A DNA stretch of 63,880 bases, counting the filler, from Octopus bimaculoides (Eukaryota), in the NCBI RefSeq assembly GCF_001194135.2. It is 5 parts of 5 records of this genome, joined end to end, with 100 filler letters (N's around TTAATTAATTAA, not from the genome) between each part and the next. Parts side by side here need not be neighbours in the genome. Positions count along the whole stretch, not along the records: positions 29,692 to 53,403 come from NC_069008.1; positions 53,504 to 62,580 come from NC_069007.1; positions 62,681 to 63,880 come from NC_068983.1; 2 more parts are not named here. One strand, 5' to 3'. A program made the position numbers and the translations under genes. Below, in pieces: positions 51,966 to 63,880 of this stretch. Every line of letters starts with the position of its first letter. Position 1 is the stretch's first letter. The notes beneath the pieces were generated by a model that did not search any database, was not told where the DNA came from, and worked only from the letters and a program-made list of their open reading frames with translations.

Positions 51966-52440
51966 ATGGTAAATTGTGGAAGTTGTAAACCTAATNNNNN
52001 NNNNNNNNNNNNNNNNNNNNNNNNNNNNNNNNNNNNNNNNNNNNNNNNNNNNNNNNNNNNNNNNNNNNNNNNNNNNNNNNNNNNNNNNNNNNNNNNNNNN
52101 NNNNNNNNNNNNNNNNNNNNNNNNNNNNNNNNNNNNNNNNNNNNNNNNNNNNNNNNNNNNNNNNNNNNNNNNNNNNNNNNNNNNNNNNNNNNNNNNNNNN
52201 NNNNNNNNNNNNNNNNNNNNNNNNNNNNNNNNNNNNNNNNNNNNNNNNNNNNNNNNNNNNNNNNNNNNNNNNNNNNNNNNNNNNNNNNNNNNNNNNNNNN
52301 NNNNNNNNNNNNNNNNNNNNNNNNNNNNNNNNNNNNNNNNNNNNNNNNNNNNNNNNNNNNNNNNNNNNNNNNNNNNNNNNNNNNNNNNNNNNNNNNNNNN
52401 NNNNNNNNNNNNNNNNNNNNNNNNNNNNNNNNNNNNNNNA

Positions 52441-52735
52441 GCAACGCCACCACAGGTTACGTGGAAACAATGAATGTGTTTTCAAGGGAGATAATCAAAG
52501 AATGTAACATTGTAATACTTCATGTTAAGTAAATATAACACATGAAAAATCCTTCAAGAATCCATAAAAATTCCCGGATCACTACCAAAGTTTCATCATC
52601 TGTTCCTTGTGTCATTACCAACTTTTCCTGCAAGTTTCATCAAATACTGTTCACAACTTTTTGAGTTATTTGGCGGACAGACGGACAAGCCAACGCCGAT
52701 GAAAACATAACCTCCTTCCTTGGCGGAGGTAATAA
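52441..52735 (+). mobile_element. Non-autonomous rolling-circle-like (Helitron/Helentron-type) element, 3' part
   Basis: Ends in the hairpin ACCTCC-TTCCTTGGC-GGAGGT followed by AAT. Classification is from terminal structure only. Confidence 0.45.
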
Positions 52736-52894
52736 AGTGTCTTGCTCAAGGAGCAATGAGAAAATAAAGTGTCTTGCCAAGAATCGAACTCACAAACTTA
52801 TGATTCCTAGCCATTAAGCTACATGCCTTCACTGTTAATCAACCCCAAATCTAACATGACATTTGTGTTCTTTGGTTTTTTTTTTTTTTTTTAG

Positions 52895-52986
52895 GGACAA
52901 AAGACAGGAAACTGATTGAGATTCTGACTAAGCATACATGTGAACAGAGGCAGGAGATTGAGAAGAGTTACAATGCAAGACTCGGG
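52895..52986 (+). CDS. Annexin, coding exon 3 (GTKDRKLIEILTKHTCEQRQEIEKSYNARLG)
   Basis: Poly-T acceptor ...tttttag, phase-1 start completing the MKGLGT loop, donor GGG|gtaagc. Matches annexin repeat 1 helices B-D (GTDE..II.IL..RS..QRQ.I...Y....G). Confidence 0.92.
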
Positions 52987-53369
52987 GTAAGCTGTTCCTT
53001 TTATTTAGCCCCAGGTCAGCCCTGCTTATTCTTTCTTTTGGTTGCATATAAAGGATCAAGGACTATAATATCTACGAGTCCATCCTCGTTAGCGTGTAGC
53101 CTGTGCAATACACGCACACACGTGTGTATATGTATATATGTATGTGCATGTATGTATGTATGTGTGTGTGTGTGTGTATGCAATTATAACATGCGTTTTC
53201 TCCATTCCTTAAATTCTTAAATATACTCAAATACCCAAAATTTCAAGGAGTTCCTGCCTTAAAAACAGGAGCTAACCACAGTTATTTTGTGTTCTTTGCT
53301 ACACTAGTTTCTATTAACCCATTTATTCTATCAGAAGAATTTTTATTCATTAAGATAGAAGAAATACAC

Positions 53370-53403
<34 letters not shown>

Positions 53404-53967
53404 NNNNNNNNNNNNNNNNNNNNNNNNNNNNNNNNNNNNNNNNNNNNTTAATTAATTAANNNNNNNNNNNNNNNNNNNNNNNNNNNNNNNNNNNNNNNNN
53501 NNNATATAAGCATATATATTTCGTTCTTACCACTGTAGCAGACGGAGGCGTGGTAGTTCCAATAATCTTTTCATGTTCTGTATTTGCTGTGAGATTCGAT
53601 GTAGTTGAGTAGCTGCGATTCATTCACGACGGTGATGTTTATTGTCGGAAACCGATGGCCCCGGAGTCAGTACCTGAAGGTAGATTTTCAGGTGAGAAAA
53701 ATTTCTAGTAGGTGTTTAATGTGGTTCTAAGATAACCTGAATAGTAAAAACATCTGTATGGCAATGTTAGTTGGACATATGTGTAGGCGTATTCAGTTGG
53801 ATGGTTCTCCAACCAGAACGCTTTTATTAATGGTCAAAAAAGAATTCCAGATATACAAAAAAATGGCTACACAAGTTAGTCATTCAAAGAAAGTTAGGAA
53901 TTATATCCGTGTAAATGGTTCAAATTCCATCCTGGAACTGGATAAACAGTCCAGTTCATTTCAAAAT

Positions 53968-54293
53968 TTGTAACTAGTACGTACGTAGCCCTTTCAAAGC
54001 CTAGCCAGGTTCATGGGCCCGGTTTCCCGGTTTCTAAGGCATATGTGTAACCCAAACCACCCCAGCTTGACGGCACACCAGTCCAACGCAGCGTTACTCA
54101 AGAAACGGGAAGAAAGAGAGAGAACGTTGGGGCGAAAGAGTACAACAGGAGTCGCCACCATCCCCTGCCGTAGCCTCGTGGAGCTTAGGAGTTTCGCTCA
54201 ATAAACAGACACAAGACTCGGTCTGGGAATCGAAACCACGATCCTCCGACCGCGTGTCCTCTGCCATAACCACTGGGACATTGCGCCTCCACA
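53968..54293 (-). mobile_element. tRNA-head SINE family C copy
   Basis: Minus strand starts GTGGAGGCGCAATGTCCCAGTGGTTA...GGTTTCGATTCCCAGACC (A and B boxes). Confidence 0.8.
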
Positions 54294-54569
54294 TATGTAA
54301 CTAGTACTTCCAGTTTAAGGTTTAAATAGTCAAATCTGTTTAGAAACTACGACACCTTAAAATATTTCTTGTATCTGAGGAGGGTCAGGATGCCAATAAT
54401 AAACACACACTGGTGCTATTTAACTTCGTGTACCCGAAGCAGATCTTGAGTAGAGACGGTGGGACATAGATGGTGTCGGAACTGGAATTTGGAAAACTAG
54501 AAGAATTTTGGATTGATCGAACGAGTAATCAAACCTTCGATTAGTTAATTAGTAAATTTAAAACATTTT

Positions 54570-54945
54570 TCTGTTTTATTTCTTTCAATCATTTGACTGC
54601 GGTTATGCTGGAGCACTGCATTTGGTCGAACACATCGACCCCGGGATTTATTCTTTGTTAGTCTAATACGTATACTTATATTGCCGAACCGCTAGGTTAT
54701 GGGAACGTATACACAGCAGCATCGGTTGTCAGGCGATGGTGGGGGACAAACAGACACACAAATACACACACACACGCACACACACATACGATGGGCTTCT
54801 TTTAGTTTCCGTCTACCAAATCTACTCACAAGGCTGTGGTCGGCCCGAGGCTATAACAGAAGACACTTGCCCAAGCTGCCACGCAGTGGGACTGAACCCG
54901 GAACCATGTTGTTGGTAAGCAAACTACTTACCACACAGTCACTCC
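54570..54945 (-). mobile_element. SINE family A copy
   Basis: Reverse complement of the family. Confidence 0.85.
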
Positions 54946-55149
54946 ATATAATGTGTGTATGGAGGTGCGTATGCGTGTCTATGTGGTTATGTGAGTGTAT
55001 TTGTATGTGTGTGTGTGTGTATGCGTGACTGAGAGATTGAGAAAATATAACTGTTTCGCTCACAATATTTGAATACATGTTTTTCAAGTTAAGAATTACA
55101 AGAAAATCTTAGAAACAGCTCCACACATTCCAGGTGAAAGACGGTTTAT

Positions 55150-56450
55150 GTTCAAGCGCCTTCGCACCCTTCACCTTTTTCAAACTGAAATTTATTGCAA
55201 CGTCACAGACAATTACTAGTGATTTCTAATCTAGGTATACCCATCCACTACTTCCAAATGGAAATATTCAATTCCATATTGTATGGTCGACGTGTGCACT
55301 AGATATGTAATGTGCCAGACTACGAAAACAACTAAAACAACTAAAATTATTCAAAATTATCCGTGATAGATAATACTATAAAAAACGCAGAACAAATCGC
55401 AGTCGATAAGTGATGGAAAATTTTTTACAGTCAGTAAAACAGAATCAGAGATATTCTATTTGTAGTAACTCAAAATCTAATCAAAAAAATATCTTGCATT
55501 TGGTCAAATGTAATTTATTATTGTATAGGAGACGTTAAATTTATGGAAAATAATAATACTGTCACAAATTAAAAACTACCGATCGCAACCGCTTCATCTT
55601 AAAAGTCTTTATTTAGAGTGTAATTCACACAGGAAGTAGATATGATGCAGGTAACAAATTTTGGAGAAATTGAGTGCAAGACATCAACGTTGACTGAAGA
55701 GAGTAACATTAAGATATGCAAAATAATGTAATGCTAATGCAAATAAGAAATGCAAAGCAAATTAAATATATTTGCAGCAATATATGTCCACGAACCCAAT
55801 AAAAATTATATCGGCCACACAGGAGAAAATCTAATGAAGCGACTCAGGATGCATAAACAACAAATACCTGATTATTACATATCTTACGCAGACATCACCT
55901 TCTGCTTCCAGAACAAATTGGCTATCAGAACCTAAACACAAAACTGTGCAACTGATGTTATTTATAAATCCAACACTTAACTTCACACATCAATGAATAA
56001 AATAAGAACAAAATTAGAATTTTCAAACCAGCCAAACGGAACGTTTTTTAGCATAGACGAAACACATTTATGGTTTTAGAATTTCACAATATCAAAACAC
56101 GATCGAAGATGTGACAATGCATACATTTCACACAACAATCATAGAAGCATCAACAAAATATATCCCACAAGACACCATAAATAAAACAATATCAATTGCG
56201 CATCTGAAATAAGCTGTCTGATAAATAGAAGAAATTACCTCAGGCAAAGTACACCAATATCACACGAAGTAGAAATAAACAACTCACAGCGTTAAACAGA
56301 TAACAAAGAAAAGGCAGCGAAAATAGGTTATAGAAAACTACAAAAAGAACTGGCAACATTTGTGTTCAGAATAAACCACAAAAATATGACAGAAATAATA
56401 TCTGGAATAACTAACGGCATAAAAGAAGAGTATGTTTGCTTGATAATCAC
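55150..56450 (+). mobile_element. Penelope-like retroelement remnant (RT C-terminus plus GIY-YIG endonuclease)
   Basis: YPSTTSKWKYSIPYCM near 55215-55270 resembles the PLE post-RT motif. YIGHTGENLMKRLRMHKQQI in ORF 55750-55935 is a GIY-YIG motif. Heavily decayed and boundaries uncertain. Confidence 0.75.
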
Positions 56451-56529
56451 ATGTTTCATAGTTCGATCCCAGCTCTCCACGATTTGCATAAACTTAGTTA
56501 CCGTATTATGATATTTAGATACTTCGTTT

Positions 56530-56885
56530 GTCGTGGCACTCCGTCGTTTACGACGACGAGGATTCCAGTTGATCCGATCAACGGAACAGCCTGCTCGTGA
56601 AATTAAAATGCAAGTGGCTGAGCACTCCNNNNNNNNNNGAAATTAAAATGCAAGTGGCTGAGCACTCCACAGACACATGTACCCTTAACGTAGTTCTCGG
56701 GGATATTCAGCGTGACACTAAGTGTGACAAAGCTGGCCCTTTGAAATACTGGTACAACAGAAACAGGAAACAAGAGTGAAAGAGTACAGCAGGGTTCGCC
56801 ACCATCCCCTGCCAGAGCTTCGTGGAGCTTTAGGCGTTTTCGCTCCATAAACACTCACAACACCCGGTCTGAGAATCGAAACCGC
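56530..56885 (-). mobile_element. SINE family C copy
   Basis: Shares its body with 14325-14530 and 20930-21115 and its head-proximal part with 54094-54240. Confidence 0.8.
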
Positions 56886-57712
56886 ATTTTGCCTGATGTG
56901 CTAACGATTTTGTCAGCCCGCCGCCTTACAGATATATACAATAATAGAATCTAAGTCGGTTAACAGGCAGAATCAACGAAATGCTTAGCAGATTTTCGTC
57001 CGTTTTCACTGTTTGGAAGATCGTGTATAAAAGACGAATACAACCAGTTTACGAAGAGTTTCTTTCNNNNNNNNNNNNNNNNNNNNNNNNNNNNNNNNNN
57101 NNNNNNNNNNNNNNNNNNNNNNNNNNNNNNNNNNNNNNNNNNNNNNNNNNNNNNNNNNNNNNNNNNNNNNNNNNNNNNNNNNNNNNNNNNNNNNNNNNNN
57201 NNNNNNNNNNNNNNNNNNNNNNNNNNNNNNNNNNNNNNNNNNNNNNNNNNNNNNNNNNNNNNNNNNNNNNNNNNNNNNNNNNNNNNNNNNNNNNNNNNNN
57301 NNNNNNNNNNNNNNNNNNNNNNNNNNNNNNNNNNNNNNNNNNNNNNNNNNNNNNNNNNNNNNNNNNNNNNNNNNNNNNNNNNNNNNTATATATATATATA
57401 TATATGTATGTATTGATTATGTATGTATATATAAAGCAGAATATACGCAATGAACACAGTTTATTAGTATGTTATAGACTTTTTCCCATATCGAATTTGG
57501 TGGCGATTTCGACAAGATGATTGAAAATAAACAACACATTAGGCAACCAAGGGTGCCATTGATGCTATTATACATCGACATGTGTTGGGAATGAATAAGG
57601 TAAAACTGTATTACATATATTTCCAAGCTAGTCTAACAGGGTTAACGTAACAAAGAAGTGGAACATATATTGAGCTTATCTCGTCTTCAGGCAATGTAAC
57701 TTACGGTTTTAC

Positions 57713-57748
<36 letters not shown>

Positions 57749-59599
57749 GTATGTATATATATTTATTTATTTACTTTTATATGTGTGTGTTTGTGTATGT
57801 GTGCACATGTGTACGTAAGTGTATATTTATTGATATACATATATGAGTGAGATGGGTGATGTCCCTGTAATTATGTATGTAGGTACATAGGATTGGCACT
57901 CAATAAGTCAACCTTTGAACGTATATCACAGTCGTTGTACAATGCTTCCCAAACTCCACATCTACTCTGTTTATTTTTTTCTTATAATTTCATTTTTAAA
58001 TATACAATAACAATAAAGTACTGAATCATATATATGTAATCTACAAATAAAATATATTAATTTACAATATGAATAGCCTTAAAGCAAGTTTTTATTATGA
58101 ATATATATCTATCGCTGTAATGTGATTACAAAATACATATGATGGCTAACAATAATTACTTTATATATATATATTGTAAAGAAGAATAATATGCAATAGA
58201 ATTAGATACAATACGATGATGTATGATATTTGCATAAAATAATATACTCTTTCAATAGACTATTTAACAAAAAAATATATTGTGAAAGCTTATGAATGTA
58301 AAAGTGTAATAATGCAAATATCACAAAAAAGAAACATCATGTATGTATATACGTCTGGATGTACGTGTATATATAACTATATCTCTATCTATCTATATCT
58401 ATCTATCTATGTATCTCTCACTCTGTGNNNNNNNNNNTGTTTGTGTATGTGTGCACATGTGTACGTAAGTGTATATTTATTGATATACATATATGAGTGA
58501 GATGGGTGATGTCCCTGTAATTATGTATGTAGGTACATAGGATTGGCACTCAATAAGTCAACCTTTGAACGTATATCACAGTCGTTGTACAATGCTTCCC
58601 AAACTCCACATCTACTCTGTTTATTTTTTTCTTATAATTTCATTTTTAAATATACAATAACAATAAAGTACTGAATCATATATNNNNNNNNNNNNNNNNN
58701 NNNNNNNNNNNNNNNNNNNNNNNNNNNNNNNNNNNNNNNNNNNNNNNNNNNNNNNNNNNNNNNNNNNNNNNNNNNNNNNNNNNNNNNNNNNNNNNNNNNN
58801 NNNNNNNNNNNNNNNNNNNNNNNNNNNNNNNNNNNNNNNNNNNNNNNNNNNNNNNNNNNNNNNNNNNNNNNNNNNNNNNNNNNNNNNNNNNNNNNNNNNN
58901 NNNNNNNNNNNNNNNNNNNNNNNNNNNNNNNNNNNNNNNNNNNNNNNNNNNNNNNNNNNNNNNNNNNNNNNNNNNNNNNNNNNNNNNNNNNNNNNNNNNN
59001 NNNNNNNNNNNNNNNNNNNNNNNNNNNNNNNNNNNNNNNNNNNNNNNNNNNNNNNNNNNNNNNNNNNNNNNNNNNNNNNNNNNNNNNNNNNNNNNNNNNN
59101 NNNNNNNNNNNNNNNNNNNNNNNNNNNNNNNNNNNNNNNNNNNNNNNNNNNNNNNNNNNNNNNNNNNNNNNNNNNNNNNNNNNNNNNNNNNNNNNNNNNN
59201 NNNNNNNNNNNNNNNNNNNNNNNNNNNNNNNNNNNNNNNNNNNNNNNNNNNNNNNNNNNNNNNNNNNNNNNNNNNNNNNNNNNNNNNNNNNNNNNNNNNN
59301 NNNNNNNNNNNNNNNNNNNNNNNNNNNNNNNNNNNNNNNNNNNNNNNNNNNNNNNNNNNNNNNNNNNNNNNNNNNNNNNNNNNNNNNNNNNNNNNNNNNN
59401 NNNNNNNNNNNNNNNNNNNNNNNNNNNNNNNNNNNNNNNNNNNNNNNNNNNNNNNNNNNNNNNNNNNNNNNNNNNNNNNNNNNNNNNNNNNNNNNNNNNN
59501 NNNNNNNNNNNNNNNNNNNNNNNNNNNNNNNNNNNNNNNNNNNNNNNNNNNNNNNNNNNNNNNNNNNNNNNNNNNNNNNNNNNNNNNNNNNNNNNNNNN

Positions 59600-59640
<41 letters not shown>

Positions 59641-59657
59641 CATACACATATAAATAA

Positions 59658-59701
<44 letters not shown>

Positions 59702-59914
59702 GTATGGTAATATGTTCGTATTTATGTGTATGTTTAAGAGAGAGGTAGTGTGGGAAAAATTTTATGACCCGGTGTAGATTGTAAGTGTTGATTGACTCAA
59801 GAAAACGAACAGACATACGGATATACGGAAATACAAAGACTGTCTATAAGTTCATATAGTTTTACCTATAGACAGACACACACAGATATTTATATATATA
59901 TTCACATACTTAGC

Positions 59915-59978
<64 letters not shown>

Positions 59979-60015
59979 CAGATAGTTTATATATTTTTAC
60001 CTATAGGCACACATA

Positions 60016-60582
60016 GGAAGGACATGTGATGCCTCTTTACGTCTTTCTACAAGGCCTTAGAGTTAACTCTGCCGCCTAGACTGAGGTTCTGGAAATAATT
60101 GTTACGCCCTGGACAGACAGTGTATGAAATGGAAGGCCATATGTGTTTCAGTAACACTCTGCACTATCACACATGGCTCTAGTAACACATAAATGGACGG
60201 CTGAAAATGTACATGATCACATAACCCTTAACACCTTACCTGCTAATTCCCCAGATCTCAATCCATTGGACTTTTACATGTGAAGCGTTGTTGAGAGAGA
60301 GGTCAATGAACACACCCATAACACAAAATGTACTTTGAAAGCTGCCCTAGGCAGAGTAATGTCGAAAATTAAGCAGGATCACTTGATTCCAGCATGTACA
60401 TGACTTAGATCTTATATAGAAGCCGTTGTTGAATCTGAAAGTGGATTTATTGAATAACATTGGATAAAAGAAGGTTTATTTTTATCCTCATAACATTTTT
60501 TGATAAATAAACTTATTGTCAGTTATCATATATGTTTTTTTTTATAAACATAAATCTGTCCTCGAATATCTTAAGGACCTTG
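60016..60582 (+). mobile_element. Tc1/mariner DD37D (maT-type) transposase 3' remnant
   Basis: One frame reads EGHVMP...GRPYVFQ*HSALSH...PANSPDLNPLDFYM*SVVERE...GGFIE-like end. There are 37 residues between the (mutated) second Asp position and the third Asp. In-frame stops present; ends at ...CCTTG|TA. Confidence 0.85.
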
Positions 60583-61157
60583 TATATATATATACCCAGC
60601 TCTTCGAAACGCCGGTGTTAAAACGGGGGTAGCTGATGAAGAAGAATGTTCTCTATGTGGCTTGTGTGTTTTCTCGTCTACGTTTTGTTTGCAATGTCCT
60701 GTACCCAGATATGCACCTATACATACAGGTGGATGTCGGTATACACATACCTGTACGTGTATATGCATATTCTCATTTACTATTTGTTTATATATNNNNN
60801 NNNNNNNNNNNNNNNNNNNNNNNNNNNNNNNNNNNNNNNNNNNNNNNNNNNNNNNNNNNNNNNNNNNNNNNNNNNNNNNNNNNNNNNNNNNNNNNNNNNN
60901 NNNNNNNNNNNNNNNNNNNNNNNNNNNNNNNNNNNNNNNNNNNNNNNNNNNNNNNNNNNNNNNNNNNNNNNNNNNNNNNNNNNNNNNNNNNNNNNNNNNN
61001 NNNNNNNNNNNNNNNNNNNNNNNNNNNNNNNNNNNNNNNNNNNNNNNNNNNNNNNNNNNNNNNNNNNNNNNNNNNNNNNNNNNNNNNNNNNNNNNNNNNN
61101 NNNNNNNNNNNNNNNNNNNNNNNNNNNNNNNNNNNNNNNNNNNNNNNNNNNNNNNNN

Positions 61158-61200
<43 letters not shown>

Positions 61201-61744
61201 GTGTGTGAGTGTTTGTGAGTGTGTATGTGTGGGTGTGTGTGTATTACCATATTACTATACAACATTCCAGTGTATTGCGATGATTGAAAACAAAGAAGAA
61301 ATACATAAAAAATAAGCTTCCTTAAACATTAATGAATGACAAAAGATACCATCCCCTTAATTCTCGATCTTACAATACTGTCTAGAATAGGAAGGAGTCA
61401 ATAAATTTGAATCAACCTTTGAAATTGTACTCGGCAAATGACAGGTGCTTCGTTGAGCAATGAGGATGGGCGACGGTCAATTTGTTCAACGTATTGAAAA
61501 TAGCTAACGGAATCATTTACTAGGTTACCGTAATGTCATTAAAAGTGTTGAAGAACATGTTGGATTTTGAAGGTATAACGCAAAACGTAAAATTGAGGTT
61601 ATAACTTGAGTATAATAGAATTTTCTTACACCTGTCTTCCAATTACTAACAGCAGCAGAAGCAGCAGAAGCAGCAGAAGCAGCAGCAGCAGCAGCTACAA
61701 CATCAACAACAATAATAATAATAATAACATTTATAGTATTGGTT

Positions 61745-61950
61745 CCTTCTTTTGCACAGGGGCAGTCATTTGGGGAGGAGGCGGAGGGGAGGGTATAAGT
61801 CGTAGCCGTCGATATCAGTGTTTCACTGGTATTTATTTTATCGACCTCCAAAGGATGAAAGCCAAAGTCAATCTCGGCAGAATCTGAACTCAGAATGTAG
61901 CAGCAGACGAAATGACGCAAAGAACTTCGCCCGGCGTGCTAACGATTCGG
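61745..61950 (-). mobile_element. SINE family B copy
   Basis: Reverse complement of the family. Confidence 0.8.
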
Positions 61951-61997
61951 CCATCTCACTACTGAATAATAATAATAATAATATTAATAATAATAAT

Positions 61998-62041
<44 letters not shown>

Positions 62042-62478
62042 TAATAATAATAATAATTACACGAAGGAGAAGAAGGAGGAGGAGGAGGAGGAGTTGGAAG
62101 AAGGAGTTGGAAGAAGAAGAAGTAGAAGACAAAATGATGACAAGAAAAGCCCCTTCATGTATATATAAATATGCATATATATGAGCCAGTATACAGCATG
62201 AGAGATATAAAGTGGAACAGAGAGAGTAGACGAGGATGCGATTAACAACGAGTAAAAGAGGGGAAGTAAGAGTAAAGGATAGGTAGGAGGTTCAGAGAAA
62301 GTATTAGTAGATACCTAGGAGGGAGAGTGAAAGTAGAAGAGATTGAAGATATATATGCACATATACATGCAGCAGGAGAAAGAGATAGAGAGAGAGAGAG
62401 AGGGGGGGAGAGGAGACCGCTACAGCGAGTGTCAGAGACACGGAGTCATTAAGAGAGAGAATGTGCGTGTGTGTGACG

Positions 62479-62520
<42 letters not shown>

Positions 62521-62679
62521 TCAGAGAAAAAGAGCAAGATGGAAAGTAACAATCTCGGACACGCTATTTCTTACCCTTTANNNNNNNNNNNNNNNNNNNN
62601 NNNNNNNNNNNNNNNNNNNNNNNNTTAATTAATTAANNNNNNNNNNNNNNNNNNNNNNNNNNNNNNNNNNNNNNNNNNN

Positions 62680-62680
62680 N

Positions 62681-62758
<78 letters not shown>

Positions 62759-63880
62759 TAATAATAATAACGACAACAACTCTAGGAAAGATTGATTTAG
62801 ATGAATAATCGGCGAAGAGAGTGAAAGAAAATGTCGGTGTAAATTTTGTGTGATGTAGTGTAGTTGAAGTTTGTAGCTGAATTGGATGAAAAGCGCAGTC
62901 TGTTTAGGAAGTGTAACGGAAACATTGCATGGCGTCATACTATCAAGACGTCATAAAAGAAATACTGTTTGGACTGACATCAAAGCATTTTTTCTTCACT
63001 CTCTCCCCCTCTCTCTCTCTCCCTATCTCTCCCCCTCTCTCTCTCTCTCTCTCCCACTCTCTCCCTCTCTCTCTGTCTCTCTGTCTCTCTTTACATTTAT
63101 CTTTCACTTTCCAACCCTCTTTTTCTACTACTCCCTTTGTTGTTCTCTTTTACTCCCTTTTCTACCTCTTCTCACCTCTTTTTCTGCTTTTTCTCTGTCA
63201 CTTTCTCTATGACTCTCTCTCTCTCTCTCTCCCTCTGTTTCTCTCTCACTCTTTTGATATGATTCACGTATTCTCCCTTCTCTTTCTTTTTTCACCTTTC
63301 TTTTTCATTCACTTCTTTCACTTTCTGTCTCTTTTTTCACCTTCTCTCTCTCCCCTCTCTCTTTCTTTCACCTTCTCTATGTCTGTCTTACAGCCTATCT
63401 ATCTCAGTCTCTTTCTCTTTCTATCTTCCCTCCTCTCTCTCTCACTCTCTCTTACTCTTCACATGTCTGTCTCTTTCCCACGATACTTTGTCATTTGTCA
63501 GTGCTTCTTCTCTCCCCCTCTCAGTATTTCTTTCTCCCTTTCTCTCTCTCCATCTTTTTCTCTTTCCCTCTCCGTCTTATTCATCTGACACTCTTCCTTT
63601 TCTTCTTTCTTTCTTTCTTATTTCCTTTCACCACTTTGTCTTTCATATACTTATCCTCACCTCACTCCTCATTGTCAGGATCTATGTCTTCTTTTTCTTC
63701 ATCCTATCTCTTGTTTCTCTCCATCCTCCTTGCTTTATTTGCCCCTTAATTTCTTTATTTCTTCATTTTCCACGTTCTCTCTCTCTCTCTCTCTCTCTCT
63801 CCTCCTCCTCCTCCTTCCCTTCTCCTCCTCCTTCCCTTCTCCTCCTCCTTCCCTTCTCCTCCTCCTTCCCTTCTCCTCCT
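62680..63880. repeat. (AAT)n microsatellite followed by a CT-rich low-complexity tract
   Basis: Direct inspection. (AAT)n also at 8605-8655, 21288-21385 and 61965-62055; CT-rich also at 33200-33880. Confidence 0.9.

Noticed and set aside
54200-54293. tRNA gene
   Set aside because: A/B boxes are present but run directly into a SINE body, with no acceptor stem or T-run terminator. It is a SINE head.
57478-57599. Possible annexin exon 4 (TFSHIEFGGDFDKMI..., followed by AAG|gtaaaa)
   Set aside because: EFGGDFDKMI resembles ELSGDFEKLI, but only 5 residues precede the Glu (9 expected), the segment is 122 nt (not a multiple of 3), and every frame reaching the donor has a stop. It is chance or a decayed exon.
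60595-60760. Hammerhead-like words (GAAACGCC, CTGATGAAG) here and at 3265-3290
   Set aside because: The two loci are copies of one repeat, but the core halves are in the wrong order or lack stems, so no complete fold could be drawn.

Overview
Gap-rich, microsatellite-rich animal genomic DNA. The SINE families and the (AT)n/(AC)n load suggest an octopod cephalopod, but this is inference and no search was run. Almost all ORF-track entries are microsatellite or N-run artefacts. The only well-supported host gene is the 5' part of an annexin on the + strand. It has three coding exons (34044-34133, 51255-51330, 52895-52986) with consistent splice phases, a ~17 kb first intron, and the protein MEGDADVPTVDDVMKAASKAMGVPLRPKVQ-GTIIPDPSFNADDCADRLQATMKGLG-TKDRKLIEILTKHTCEQRQEIEKSYNARLG. 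Later exons were not found. The rest is transposon debris: a full-length dead mariner with TIRs, two mariner fragments, a DD37D (maT-type) fragment, a Penelope-like RT-end/GIY-YIG remnant, an RTE LINE fragment, MITEs, many SINE copies from about four families, and tandem arrays. The most notable non-coding observations are (1) a full-length decayed U6 snRNA copy fused to a SINE 3' tail, (2) a ~218 bp palindrome built from head-to-head TTAGGG/CCCTAA repeats, absent from a paralogous repeat copy 1.7 kb away, (3) two minimal hammerhead-ribozyme folds, and (4) a ~98% identical inverted duplication bracketing annexin exon 2. Four 100-nt N-TTAATTAATTAA-N spacers show the window is stitched from five scaffolds. 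Repeat boundaries are approximate and were read by eye.
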